This document shows, piece after piece, positions 12,285 to 25,195 of a stretch of DNA of 64,000 bases; positions within the stretch are counted from its first letter, which is position 1; the number at the start of each line of letters is the position of its first letter. Origin of the DNA: Paraphysomonas bandaiensis (taxonomy: Eukaryota > Protista > Chrysophyceae). Location of the stretch: the NCBI GenBank assembly GCA_965644295.1, contig CBFFRP010000400.1, positions 1 to 64,000 on the forward strand, written 5' to 3'. Both the position numbers and the translations under genes were made by a program. The notes under the pieces were generated by a model, which ran no database searches, was not told the origin of the DNA, and worked only from the letters and a program-made list of their open reading frames with translations.

Positions 12285-12924
12285 ATGATTCACTCTGAGG
12301 ATTATACATACCCATACAATATTGAAGAGATCATCACACGTGTTACTAACAATGAAATATTTGAATATTTACATTTTTATGGACATCATCAAAAATATAG
12401 CGATATAGTGGATAAGTCTTGTTTCAGGTGATTAATAGTATTATATACAACTACATGTTTATCTGATATCATGTGTTTTTAGTCAGTGGTATGACTCAGG
12501 ATTTGAAATTGATGGGGTCTATTACAAGACAGCTGAACACTGGATGATGGCCTCCAAAGCACGTCTTTTTGATTCCTCGATGGTAGAGAAGATAATCAAT
12601 GCTTCTTCTCCTAGGATTGCTAAATCTCTTGGGCGGAGTGTGAAGAACTTTGACTGTGATGTATGGGAAGCCGAGTCTTGGAATATTGTCGTCGCAGGCA
12701 ATATGGCAAAGTTTTCCCAGAATAACGAGTTAAGGGATTTTCTTATGACCACGAAAGGAAAGGTGCTAGTTGAGTCAAGCCCAAACGATAGAATATGGGG
12801 TATGGGGCTAAGCTGGAATCATAAAGATGCCTGCAACCCACTCATGTGGAAGGGGAGAAATAAGCTGGGTTTTGCATTAACAGCTGTAAGGGAGAGACTA
12901 CTCCAGGACGAAAGTGTTAGTTGA
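12285..12924 (+). CDS. NADAR (YbiA-like) family N-glycosidase; 2 exons (intron 12428-12482)
   Basis: Spliced: YLHFYGH...KSCFSQWY...TAEHWMMASKA...KFSQN...LVESSPNDRIWGMG...GRNKLGFAL. Confidence 0.92.
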
Positions 12925-13184
12925 TATGCATAAATGACGTGCTATTAAAGGTTTAAAACTTTGCTTTTTTATAACATATTCAATGTTGTAGTCCTAGTTC
13001 GTAACATCATGGTACAATACTCTTTCATATTAGCTCGCAATATATGACAGAAACGCTTGTTGGTATAACGATTTTCTCTACGTCTAAAATTAGTATTCTA
13101 AAAAGAAGAGTACTACGTGCGTAGTAATGTATTTTACTTATATAGCACAAAAAGTCGAAAAATATTACACTATTTCCCTTTACA

Positions 13185-14549
13185 CTAAGTCAGTGTTTTC
13201 GTAACTACTTCAATATTACCATTACATGAAGTACAATCACTAGCACTAGAAGTAAACTCACGACGATCAAGATACTTTTCACGAAGCCGTGATACCGCGA
13301 AGCTGTCAACATTTATCGGACACTTACAGAATTTACACTTCCCTTCAGAAAAATTATTCGAAGGTTCAGATGATACTATGTCAACTGGTAGTCCAAGGGG
13401 AGTTTCACACCATACACATGTAATTTCACTACTATTATCTGCATGCTCTGGCAATGAACCTTCACAGGATTGTATGTGGAGATTACCCGTACTGCGCTGC
13501 TTACCTGTGTTACGCTGACTGCCAACGCCTACATTTCTGGAAATAGCATGGGTTGGTATATTTACATCGCTTCCGTAGTCAACAGGTACGCCAGCTGTAC
13601 ACAAATCATCATATAAGACAAGAAGACGATTAGTCTGAGATCTAGGAACTTCACTACAAGCCACACGTATTGATCGTAACGCCGATAAGAAAAGGCCACA
13701 GCCCATAGCACATAAAGCATAACGGTAATGGCCTTTTGGACACATTGGAGACATTGTCTTTGCCCGAACAGCATCCTCCAGACCTAAACTGTATAGCTTA
13801 CGCACATACTCCGAAGTGTTATTCTTCTCTCTGGCCATCCGACCAAGTTCGATATAACACTGTGCGCGATTACTATAAGCTCTAGCATCTTCAGATAGCT
13901 TCAATGAATCAGAGTATTTAGCTATAGCTCTTTTGTACTCTCCATTTCGAAAATACGTGTTACCTTCCTGCCGGAGAGTATGAGCTTTATCGACGTCGTC
14001 ATGATAAACCCTATCCAAAGCCTTTAGAATATCATGATACAACTCCCGTTTTTGTAGATCACGAACACGACGTAATTTCTTTTCAACTACAGAACGAGGA
14101 AAGTTTCCAAATTTGTCCATGATATCTAGACGAGCTCCTTTGTCTATCAACAAGCGAACAATATGAACATGCCCATACATGACAGCAAGCAAAAGAGGGG
14201 TTTCCCCTGCCGCACTTCCATGATCATCATTCACATTCAATCCATAAGACAATAGTAATTCAATAAACTCACAGGATGTACCCTGATAACAACACCAATG
14301 TAAGGGTTTAAATCCATGTGGTCCAAAACGATCAAAACATAAACTTTCAACTGTACATTTTCCATGAAAATTCTTCCAACGATTAATATAATCATTAAAA
14401 TGATCTTGATTTATATTAATATTATTTAGAATCTCCCATAATTCAGATAATTGTATTGTATCAGTGTTATTTCCTTCTGTATCTTCCTCATTAGGTTTGA
14501 TATGATCTTTATGTGTATTTGATGATAGATAATCAAGAAATTTACTCAT
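13185..14549 (-). CDS. Ankyrin-repeat + TPR protein
   Basis: KPLHWCC, GETPLLLAV...IVRLLIDKGA (ANK); RQEGNTYFRNGEYKRAIAKYS, AYSNRAQCY, KGHYRYA (TPR); Cys pairs at the C-terminus. Confidence 0.88.
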   Translation of the reverse strand: MSKFLDYLSSNTHKDHIKPNEEDTEGNNTDTIQLSELWEILNNININQDHFNDYINRWKNFHGKCTVESLCFDRFGPHGFKPLHWCCYQGTSCEFIELLLSYGLNVNDDHGSAAGETPLLLAVMYGHVHIVRLLIDKGARLDIMDKFGNFPRSVVEKKLRRVRDLQKRELYHDILKALDRVYHDDVDKAHTLRQEGNTYFRNGEYKRAIAKYSDSLKLSEDARAYSNRAQCYIELGRMAREKNNTSEYVRKLYSLGLEDAVRAKTMSPMCPKGHYRYALCAMGCGLFLSALRSIRVACSEVPRSQTNRLLVLYDDLCTAGVPVDYGSDVNIPTHAISRNVGVGSQRNTGKQRSTGNLHIQSCEGSLPEHADNSSEITCVWCETPLGLPVDIVSSEPSNNFSEGKCKFCKCPINVDSFAVSRLREKYLDRREFTSSASDCTSCNGNIEVVTKTLT

Positions 14550-14687
14550 TAATTAATTTAATATATGTAATAAAGTGTTATAGTGTGTTATATATATATG
14601 AGGTTAGATATGAGGAGAGTGGAATTGGTATGGATTGTTTAATGTTCGATGGATTGGATATAGATGTATATATACGTGGACATACAT

Positions 14688-14818
14688 CTCATTTTTCGGA
14701 AATAAATTGAAGAATAAATCTTCTATATTGCTGTGATACAAGTACGGCTAGAATACAGATAATTGTTGTCTCAATATTTGAGGCATCTTTGAACAAAAAT
14801 ATAGAAAGGATGCCGATA
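14688..14818 (+). mobile_element. ~150-bp MITE-like repeat, copy 1 (left end eroded)
   Basis: Shares TTTTTCGGAAATA...TCTCAATATTTGAGGCATCTTTGAACAAAAATA...GGATGCCGATA with copies at 15127, 43313, 59411 and 59964. Confidence 0.8.
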
Positions 14819-15126
14819 ATATATAGTGGTACGTATAGGGTATAGGTATATACAGAGGGGGTAAAAACTCTAAATTTAATTTAATATATGGAATTTTTAG
14901 ATAATGAGTGATGAAAATTGTATAGTTTCTTTGATGCTGTATTATAAACACTGGCTTTTCGATTTTTGATCTACTTCCACAGGAAAACCTTTGTTTTATG
15001 GTTTCGCAGCTGCAGAAAATTCTGATTATTACATAGAATATGAAGGTGAAGTTGTGTTGAAGGTATGATATATCTAGATATGGGTACTATTGTATAGCAT
15101 ATGATACGAAGTATAGTGAAGTACAT

Positions 15127-15278
15127 CATATCGGCAGTCAGCATCTTATTTTTCGGAAATAGATTGAGGCAAATATTTTCTATATTACTGCAATAGAACT
15201 ACGGCTTTAATACAGATAATTATTGTCTCAATATTTGAGGCATCTTTGAACAAAAATAAACAAGGATGCCGATACGAT
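15127..15278 (+). mobile_element. ~150-bp MITE-like repeat, copy 2
   Basis: Ends TATCGGCA...TGCCGATA (short TIR). Confidence 0.82.
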
Positions 15279-15452
15279 AAAAGTCTGTGTAAAGTATGTG
15301 AATGTATGTATATATAAAGACACACAGCAGTAGAGACATGCGTATCTATCCATATATAACACAATCTATCGAACCATATATACATATATACATACATACA
15401 CAACCATTAAACTATTCCTCATACATAACTATCACACTTATACAATATTAAA

Positions 15453-17767
15453 ATGAACCTTTCTTCATATCCATTCAATCTATCAGAAGATAAAGAAAGT
15501 CTTTCCATCCTTTCATTTACATCCCATCATCAGATAATTAAACTATGGTTAACTAGAGGTTTATTATGGTATTATGCATTTAATCATGAAGAAGCTGTCT
15601 ATTGTTTTAAACAAGCTGTTGAAATTGATCCGAATTGTATTATGGGACATTATGGGATTGCTATTAGTAACGGTCCGAATTATAACACTCCATTAATGTC
15701 AAGAGATTCATTCCCATCAGCTAAAGATGCATATCATCATGCAATAAAATCATATGATATCATGAAACAAATATCATCAAATAATATATTATCAGATATT
15801 GAAAAATCACTTGTTGAAGCATTACAATGTCGATTTAATCCTTTGAATGATGTGAATGATGGAAAGCCAGTTGATCAGAATACTCTAGCTTATATAGATG
15901 CAATGAAAGAGGTATATGATAAATATCCAGACAGTGCTTGTGTGGCATGCATGTATGCTGAGGCTTTGATGAATACAGCGCCTTGGAAATTATGGAATCT
16001 TGACACAGGTAAGATATCTCTCTCTTTTAATATCAGATAATACGGAATCTTATCTTTCATTATATCATAGGCATTCCTACCCCCTATGCTGAGCGTGCGC
16101 GCGCTGTATTGTCTAATGCTCTTGCATTCGCGCCTGGACATCCTGGGTTAAACCATTTCTTGATTCATCTAATGGAAATGAGCCCTGAGCCGTATGTCGC
16201 ACTGGAAGCTTGTCAGAAGCTGAGATATGAATGTTGTCCTGATGCTGGCCATCTAATACACATGCCATCTCATATATACGTGCTGCTAGGTAATGATATT
16301 GAAATTCTTTCTCTGTCCTTGCAGAGGTAACGACAATGTGTTAGGAATGTATGATGACGCCGCGGACTGCAACATTGAAGCGATTGCTGTGGACAACAAG
16401 TATGTAGCAAAGGAGGGCATATTCAACTATTACACAGGCTACCGCATACATAACATGCATTTTGTGGCTTATGCTGCAATGTTTGCTGGTAGGGTAACAC
16501 TAAAGAAAGTGATCCACATGTTGTTTTTCTAAATGTGCTGCATATATGTATATATAAATTGCACAAAAGCTGCAAAGTCTATTGGGCATCACTTTTCAAT
16601 GCAACCTTGTCATTCGATGTCGTACGTGGATGCCCTCATCTTTATCGAAATGTATAGGTCAGTTCGAGAAAGCTATGTCGGCCTGTCGCGATATACAAGG
16701 AACTCTGCCAGAGAACTTACTGTCCGATCCAGTTTTGGCAACTTACTTTGAGTCGTTTTATTCACTCAATATGCATGTTCTGGTGCGCTTTGGGCGATGG
16801 CAAGAGATATTGGATTATGAATTACCGGCCAATACTGAGGTGAGATAATTCGTGTTCCATTCATGGTGTGGTGGGTTATACTCCCTTGTTTTCATGGGAT
16901 AGTTACCACTTCTTACTATCGAATATCTGACAACATGGTACAGATATATCCTTACACCATTGCCATATGTCACTATAGTCGTGGGATAGCGAACTCAGTT
17001 CAAGGCAATATATCTGCGGCTCTGAAAGAAGAAGAGCTTTTTAATGAATCCAGGAAAAAAGTTCCTTCTGAACGGGTCCTGCATAACAACTTATGCAGCG
17101 ATATGCTAGCTGTGGGCGCAGCCATGCTCCGGGGTGAGATCCTTTATAGACAAGGTAATAAAAATGTGTATCACAGTTAGATTTTGTAAATGAGTGGTAC
17201 TGCTATCTATTTATTGCTGTTCACTCGAGCTCTCTGCACTTATGTCCTATGTATGTTTGCACTTGTGCTGAATACTGTTCAGGTCAGCATGAGGCTGCAT
17301 ATGAATCTCTGCAATCTGCTTGTATTCTGAGTGATAATTTGGTGTACGACGAACCTTGGGGGTGGATGCAACCCCCGTCTCACGCTCTGGGGGCCCTTCT
17401 TCTTGAGCAGGTATATCTATGTTTTTAAAAAGGAATTTTAACTCAACATTGAACCTATTTCTAGGGACATGTCGACAGAGCGGAGCTTCAGTACAGGAGA
17501 GATATGGACACATCCTTTTATGGCCGCTGCCATCCAGATAATATATGGGCATTGCGTGGACTTCACTCTTGCTTGATCCAGAAAATGAGCCAAGAAACAT
17601 CTGCGGAAGCAAAGCAGCTTTTAAAAACAGAAATAGATGCCATCTCAGTGAAACTATCGAAGATTCAAACCAAAAGTGATGTTGATATAAGTGTTTCCTG
17701 TATGTGTGCGGTGGGTATACCAGAGGGGAACCATGTGGGTGGTGGATGCTGCCGAAACTCCACTTAG
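15453..17767 (+). CDS. Multi-exon TPR-domain protein of a bacterial/fungal-type family
   Basis: WYYAFNHEEAVYCF, GPNYN, HPGLNHFLIHLMEMS, DAGHLIHMPSHIYV, HVLVRFGRW, HPDNIWALRGL across successive ORFs separated by short GT-AG introns. Confidence 0.85.
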
Positions 17768-18456
17768 TAATTGTCGCACGCACGTCGGCCTCAGCCGCAC
17801 TGAAGTCCCTTGCGAGTTGTGAGTGTTCTACAACTTGTTTTAACGTTGCCACGTTGGTTGTCATGCTATTTTCGTTTTTTTAGTACGTTTTGTTTACATC
17901 AAATTGTTTGTTATTGAAATGAATACTCTACCGTATGTAATGAACACAAAAGTCACACTCATCGAGCACAACAATATAAGGCGTTGCTGGTAATAACATT
18001 TGGATGGATATATGTTGATTTTCTTTTTTTGTCTACAATAATATAGCTTTTCTTATTGTGTAAATGGTATTTTCTTAGAATCGACCTCTTTAGATATCTT
18101 TCTTCGGGAGTACTGTGCTAATTTCATATCATTTATTAGCTTCAAAATTTATGATAGAAAAGCATTAGAAATTTCAGTAAATCATCAGTAATTTAAAATA
18201 GATATTAAGTACCTTTCAAATAAATACATTGTTGTTGTTTACTATTTGTGAGCAATTAAAAGCTGTAGTTTTTAATATATTTGAATTATAGCAGTTTCTC
18301 AAAGACTGCAGCAGCTAACCGAATTATGAGAACCAATGATATCTTCTATATATAATTGATATCTATGTAAGATATATTAAGTGTTACTAAGTGTGAATAG
18401 AAGTAAGTGTTACTACTAAGTGATAGCAAGCAATTGTAGTAATAAATAGATACCAT

Positions 18457-19255
18457 CAGGGATAGGGAACAATATATTGTATTGCAATACATTGTACAAT
18501 ATATTGCAATATATTGTAAAATATATTGATTGGTGGACTGGTCAAATATTCCATCAATAGTGTTTCTGCTAAAAGAGCTCACAATACTATTGCAATATAT
18601 TGCAATCAATATTATGATAGTCATATAAGAGAAGATTCTCAACTGTAGGGTGCAAAATGGATATAAATAACCGAGAAATTGATTACAACATTACAAAGGA
18701 TAATGAAGCTGATGTTGACTATGCGACTAAATATCTTCAGTCAGCTCAAAAAATTAAGAAACGTACAGATCTACGAGTCATTAACGGTTGCCTGGCCTTG
18801 GTATGTACTTCCAATACATGGGAACGTCTGTTCAGCACAGCTAAACATATAGTATCAGTGTTGCGCAAAAGTATCCATCCTACTTAATATGCTGTTGTTT
18901 TAGAAAGCTATTCGACAGTTATGGCCGGATACTAGCATATTTCAGTTAATTCTGTGGATGAATATGGTGATGTTGACCTCACCGATGATGGCTCAGAGGA
19001 TGAGGACGAGGTGGATTTTTAGTAGCTATAAGCAGCAGTTGGTTTGGTTGTCATGTGATCTTAATGACTAATACTAAAAATGAAATCTACGGATGTGTTT
19101 ACCTACTGATTAGTCAAACTAATATATCGCAATACATTGACAATATATTGCAATATATTGTAATTGTATTGTAGGACCGGTTTAAAAAATCCATCAATAC
19201 TATTGATGGAACGCTATCTAACAATAGTATTGCAATATATTGTTCCCTATCCCTG
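18457..19255 (+). mobile_element. Non-autonomous hAT element, copy 1
   Basis: TIR CAGGGATAGGGAACAATATATTG at both ends; 8-bp TSD GATACCAT (18449-18456 / 19256-19263); remnant dimerization motif TSNTWERLFSTAK. Confidence 0.95.
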
Positions 19256-19388
19256 GATACCATTAATGAAAGTCCGGTTTCAGGCAATTATAATGACAGT
19301 AATGACAAATGTACCAGCAATTAAAATGGTATTACCATTAACGGTTACCAGGCCCTGGTACTGAACCTGAAATATATTGACTCTACAA

Positions 19389-20047
19389 CAGGGATAGGGA
19401 ACAGTATATTGTATTGCAATATGTTGAAGTCAATATTATGATAGTCATATACAGAAAAAGCTTCTTCTTAACTGTAGGGTAAAAAATATAAGTCCATGTA
19501 TATAACTCTCCGTTCAGACAGTGATTATTGCAACAATACAGAGGATGATGAAGCTGAAGTTTTGGCTTTTCGGAAAAAATACTTCAATCAGCTCAAAATT
19601 TAATAAATGGAAAGTTGAAATATCTATGTACAGGGGCACGAGTCATGTAGTAAGTACTTCCAATACATGTGAACACCTGTTCAGCGCGGCAAAAACTTCC
19701 TACTACACATAATATGCTGTTGTTTCTGAAAGCTAACCGACAGTTGTGGCCGAATGCAAGCATGTTTCAATTAATATTGGATGAATATGGTGATGATGAT
19801 GTCACCAATGATGGCTCAGAGGATGAGTATGAGGAAATTTTTAATTAGTTAAGAGTAGTGGGTCTAATAATGACAAGTACTAAAAATTGAGACTGCGGAT
19901 GTGTTTACTAACTGATTAGTCTAATATATGGCAATATATTGTAGAATATATTGCAATAGTATTGTAGGGCCAGTTTAAAAACTCCATCAATACTATTGAT
20001 GGAACGCTATCTAATAATAGTATTGCAATATATTTTCCCCATCCCTG
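19389..20047 (+). mobile_element. Non-autonomous hAT element, copy 2
   Basis: Same TIR, imperfect at the right end; 8-bp TSD CTCTACAA (19381-19388 / 20048-20055); TSNTCEHLFSAAK and LFLKANRQLWP remnants. Confidence 0.95.
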
Positions 20048-20655
20048 CTCTACAATATAGTGACGATGTAAGATCATACCAGAAAGGGTTGGTGTAGTAG
20101 TAATAAATCGAGTTGATGAATGACAATGAATGTTGAATGGTATCTCTTCTAATTTTCTGCTTAAAAAGTTTATCTAAGATTTCTTACTAAGTTCAACTAC
20201 TAATTATATCGTTATCTAACATACACCAAACCACCATCATAAATAAGTTTATTTATATAAAAACTTTTAAACATTAAGTCAAAGAGCGAAGATAATATAA
20301 AATAAAATAGAAATATCTGAGTGTTCAATTCCTTGTTTTGTTCCAGCGCTTTCGAGGTCATAATAAATTATTTGTAGGTTCACAATGCGCAATAATGTCA
20401 TTATAACCACTCTGCACTCATTTGAGTTATAAACCACATTAAAAATTAGGATGATATTAGCTACACTATATAGTATTATGACCTTCAATTTTGTTAAATA
20501 CCACGTTTATTAGTTTAAACAGCAGTACAAAATTCAGCAACATGGTATCGCATATATCGGGCTTAGAGATAATGTTATCACTTCGTCAAAACGTACTGCC
20601 AAATAGTGACAAAGTATAAGTTGACAACAATAAATACCGCAAGCCCGACCAACGT

Positions 20656-21837
20656 TTACTTCTTGGATTCAAATGCTCCTTGATTTTCCTTCTGGAATTT
20701 GTGCATGAAGTCACGAATGTACTGTACAACCTCGATAGGTTGATGGTTGTACATTGTGATGCGTATCGCATCTGTAGAAATTCCCAGAGGATGAGAGCGG
20801 ACATCCAACCATCCCATGTCGGCTGTTTCTTTGAGAAATTTCTCAACAAGTTCTCCGTCGCGTCCCTCTCCAGTGCCAATGGTGAATACGACCTGCATTC
20901 GAGATCGGAATCGCCAGTCATTCACAAAGGTACGATAGAAGCCATTGGAATCATCAATATAGTTGTAAAGCAAATTCGAGCGATCGATAGCAAGTTTTTC
21001 GTAGAATTCTACCCCACCACGCTCGATCATGTACTCACAAGTGAGATGTCCCAGCCATACGGAAAAGATTACAGGAACATTCCAGATCTTGTTTGGCGCC
21101 GTCTGAAATACATTCCAGTTGCACATCGTCGGCGTATAAGGGTGAACATCATCGTTGATTAAATCTTTGCGAATAACGGTGTAACATACACCACTGGTAG
21201 AAAATATCTTATGAGCGGCAGCGTATATTACGCCATATTTTGAGATATCCACAGGCTTCGAGCCAAAGTTTGCGCTCGCATCACAGACGAGTTCCACACC
21301 CTTTGGTATGACATCATATTCAAAGTCCTGAAACTCAAAGCCCTGCCGAGTGTCCGCAGCCGTATAATGAACATACTTTGAATCGGCGGGGATATTCCAA
21401 TCCTTACCATCTGGATAGTCGAAATAGAGCCCTATTGGATCCACATTAGCTTGATGGACATCATCACAGTATATTTTGGCCTCTTTAACAGATTTTTCCG
21501 ACCAATGACCACTCATCAAATACGTCGCCTTTCCACCATTCTTTCCAAGTAAGTTCATTGGTATAGCAGCAAACTGCAGTGTTGCTCCACCATTAAAGAA
21601 ATGCACTTCATAATTATCAGGAATACGATTCAGCTTCCTGAAAGACTCTTCTGCTTTATCCATAATAATATGGAAGTCAGATGTCCGATATCCCATCTCG
21701 GCAACTGATATTTGTTTGCCAAGTGGACTGAGAAACAGCTGTTGAGCTTTTTCTAGAACCTCTACTGGTAATGCCGCACAACCAGCGGAGAGGTTCACAA
21801 TCCGCTTAGGAATAGTTGAAAACAATCGTCGTTGCAT
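20656..21837 (-). CDS. serC: Phosphoserine aminotransferase, probable mitochondrial presequence
   Basis: NLSAGCAALP, GGATLQFAAIPMNL, GHWS, VCDAS, YGVIYAAAHK (PLP Lys), RSRMQVVF, IRITMYN; N-terminus MQRRLFST. Confidence 0.92.
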   Translation of the reverse strand: MQRRLFSTIPKRIVNLSAGCAALPVEVLEKAQQLFLSPLGKQISVAEMGYRTSDFHIIMDKAEESFRKLNRIPDNYEVHFFNGGATLQFAAIPMNLLGKNGGKATYLMSGHWSEKSVKEAKIYCDDVHQANVDPIGLYFDYPDGKDWNIPADSKYVHYTAADTRQGFEFQDFEYDVIPKGVELVCDASANFGSKPVDISKYGVIYAAAHKIFSTSGVCYTVIRKDLINDDVHPYTPTMCNWNVFQTAPNKIWNVPVIFSVWLGHLTCEYMIERGGVEFYEKLAIDRSNLLYNYIDDSNGFYRTFVNDWRFRSRMQVVFTIGTGEGRDGELVEKFLKETADMGWLDVRSHPLGISTDAIRITMYNHQPIEVVQYIRDFMHKFQKENQGAFESKK

Positions 21838-22871
21838 TATTTCTTGTATTCAGTAGATATTGGTATATATATGGTGCAATTGGCCAAACGGTTAAGTTAA
21901 TATTCTTTCTAATAAGAAGAGCTGAGCTTATATATAGAAACACACGTACATACATCCATATATCTTATCACACATACATACACACACATACATACACATA
22001 CAACCACATGTGCGTAACATTTCCACCAATCATCATTGCTAAAATGATATCAGCCTGTCATTATTCGGTATCTAGAATTCAGGAGTTTTTTCGATTTCTA
22101 CTATATTATAGAGTTTTTTCTAGATTTTCGTCAATATTCTGGAGTATTTGTAGGTGTTTCTGTGAAATATATCCAATGATTATCGTTTACCATGATTTTA
22201 TTGGCTAGAATATTCATTTGTTTTAAATATCACTATCCCCCATACAACACAAAACCCTGTATGTGTATGTACAATGTATCAATGAACCTCTGGCTTTGAC
22301 ACTTCTATCGTGAGGACCTTTAACTAGTTTACCCCGATCAACACTTTCAACATGATTGGCATGTTTTCATATATATGTTGGTCTCTTTAAAGATCCCTTA
22401 TAAAAACATAAGTTTTATATTGAATTCCCCAATAAAAATGTATAAAAGCCCATGTATTCGATTTTTGGGACCTAAATTTCCTCAATATTAGATTTCTATC
22501 CTAAATTTCCATTAAATTCTGTTGTATATTATACTGAAAAACGTTTAAAGATACGATATGAGTACACTGGGCACCTTCCCTCCCTAAAAAAAATAAAAGC
22601 AGTTACAAAAATCCTCTTCACAGTATACAGTATACACATACATACATACACATACATACATACATATATACATACATACATACGTAGATGCAGTCATGGA
22701 TGTAACCTCCAAACGAACATAGACACACAAACAGTCAGTCAGACAGTTGAATTACAAGAAGATTATAGTAAAATATTGCATTTGATTATAAAAGATTAAA
22801 GAATTGATCAATTGTATAGATTAGATTGCTACTAGATAACCTTTTATTGTGTTATCTTATTGTTTGATTCA

Positions 22872-25008
22872 ATGACAATGGATAATACTGGTACAAATGA
22901 ATTCGATAATACTGATTATGATCGACCAAATACAGCTAAATCTGGTAAATCAAGTAAATCAAAAACTGGTAAGAAGAAGAAAGTTAAAGTTCCACTATCA
23001 ATCGAGGAGATATTTAACAAGCCCTCAACAATGACTGCATCAAATATAAATCCTCCCCCGGCAAGAGTGGTATTAACACCTAGAAGTGCAGAAGCATGCC
23101 TTAAACTTGGTGTTAATCCTGAAGTGATTAAAATTCGAGATATTGATTCATTTTGGGAGCCTAATATTGATCCATCAGTACAACGTATGCGACATGAAGC
23201 CTACGTGCAGAGACGATATGAAGTAATGAAGCAGTTACGAGCAGAGCGCAAACAATTAATGAACTCAGATTTTCAAGCTTCTGAAACCCCTGGTACAGGA
23301 ATGACACCAGAAATGATATTAAAGCAGCAAGAAGCAGAGAATCAGACAATTATAGAAATGGAGAAGAAGCGCATCGAAAAGATGAAGCAGCGCCAAGAGA
23401 GAGAGTTAGAGCAGATGCTTCAGTATGAAGTGAATCGCGCAAAGCTGCAGCAAGACATGGAGAAACGTATCCAGATCAGTAAGAAGAAAGAAATGATGCG
23501 TAAAAAACAACAAGAAAAGAGAATGAAACTGATGGCTGAAGAACGAAGACTTAGAGAGCTTCAGAAACTTGCCATGGAGGAGGCGGAAGAGTCGAAGAGG
23601 CGTGCATTGGCGAAGGTATGAATTCGTGTGTATAATTAACATATATTAACACAATTTCTATCACAGGTTATGTTTGAGCGGGAGCAGAAGGCGATTGAGG
23701 ACTTAAAGCGTAAAGAGGAGGAGGATGCCCGTTTCGCGAGAGAGCAGGAAGCCCTAAGAAAAAAGAAGCAGGAAGAACATCGTATGCAAGTGCAGAGGTA
23801 AGTTACAACTTATGTTTACGTGGTGTACGAATCATTATTTCTGTCGTATGAGTTATATATATGAGAGTCGGCATGTTTATAATTTTCTTGCAGATATTTT
23901 ACTGAAGAGCAAATGAAACTCAGAGCTCGTCTAGAGTCCATGCAAGAGGCTGAAGTACGTAAGCAGCAAGCAATCGAGGAGGCTCAGCAGCAAAAGCGAG
24001 AGGAGCTTAAGAAAAAGCGAGAGATGGTCGAGAAACGCATTGCTCGGAATATGGAGATGGCAGCTGCGGTTGAGAAAAAGCGCAAGGATGACTTTTTGAG
24101 TAAGCAAGAGAAAAACGAGAAACTCCGACAGCAACATTTGGATGAAATGGAGAGGCAGAGACAACTTCATGCTCAAGAACTGGAAATGCAGGAGCAAAGA
24201 CGACGCATGATTATACTGCAACAGAGGCGGGAGGAGGAGCTCAAGAAGGAGGAACTGCTTCAGAAGTTTGAAGAAGACGAGAAACACGTGGAGGAGATCA
24301 AGTCTATGCATCAACATGAGCAGGATTTGATAAAGGAGAGAAAGGCTCTGCAGATACAAATGAAGGCAGAGAATGTTGAGAGGGTGAAGCGCATGGCGGA
24401 GTATCAAAGACTCAATACACTTAAGAAGATTGAAAAGAATGATGAGTAAGTAATTGACTCTGTGTGTTAATGCATTATGACTGGCATTAGTCAAGGTTAA
24501 GAATATTGCGTGTAGTAGCATTGTTTGCAAACTTGGAATAGCTGTTACGTCTTACTATTTTAATATTTGTCCCTGCAGACGCACTACCAGTATGTTGGAA
24601 GCCCGGAAGAGTCTGATACAACAGAGGCGCGAGACAGCGGTTAAGACGAAGAAACAGAAGGATGATATTAATAAACTTATGGAGAGTGTTCGAACTGATC
24701 AATCCAAGGCCAATAAAATTATTACTATGGCTCTTAAAGGAAATATGACACTGAACTCAATAATGACACCGGAACGAACGTCCACTGGTAAGAAGAAGAA
24801 AAAGGTGAAGCGAAGTAAGACATCAAACTCTATGCTAAGTTCAAATGGGAGAGAGAAGAGCTCCTTTTCTGCTGGTGATGCGGGCCAGTCAAGAACCATG
24901 GGTGACAGTATGAAATTCGAAATGGACGATGGCCACCCTAACCCTCAGCCGTATGTGTCACCCTATGAGACGACCACCCCAGCCAAACCTCAAAAAGTAA
25001 CACTATAG
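22872..25008 (+). CDS. Long E/K/Q/R-rich coiled-coil protein, 4 exons
   Basis: ORFs 22860-23621, ~23668-23797, 23913-24449 and 24592-25008 linked by GT-AG introns; conserved-looking LTPRSAEACLKLGVNP block. Confidence 0.8.
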
Positions 25009-25195
25009 ATGATGGCATTTGTGAAAAATGGTTAGATACTTTGGCAGTGTATTTTTGTGTTGTTTCCCATCTTACCCACCCATGTCTTGCAGTGTGTTGT
25101 TATCGCGTTGCTTAAGTCATTACGATCGCATTATATGTAGTTGTTTGGTACGTCAGCAAAGCGTATATCGTAGTCCACAATCATTGTTATAAATA

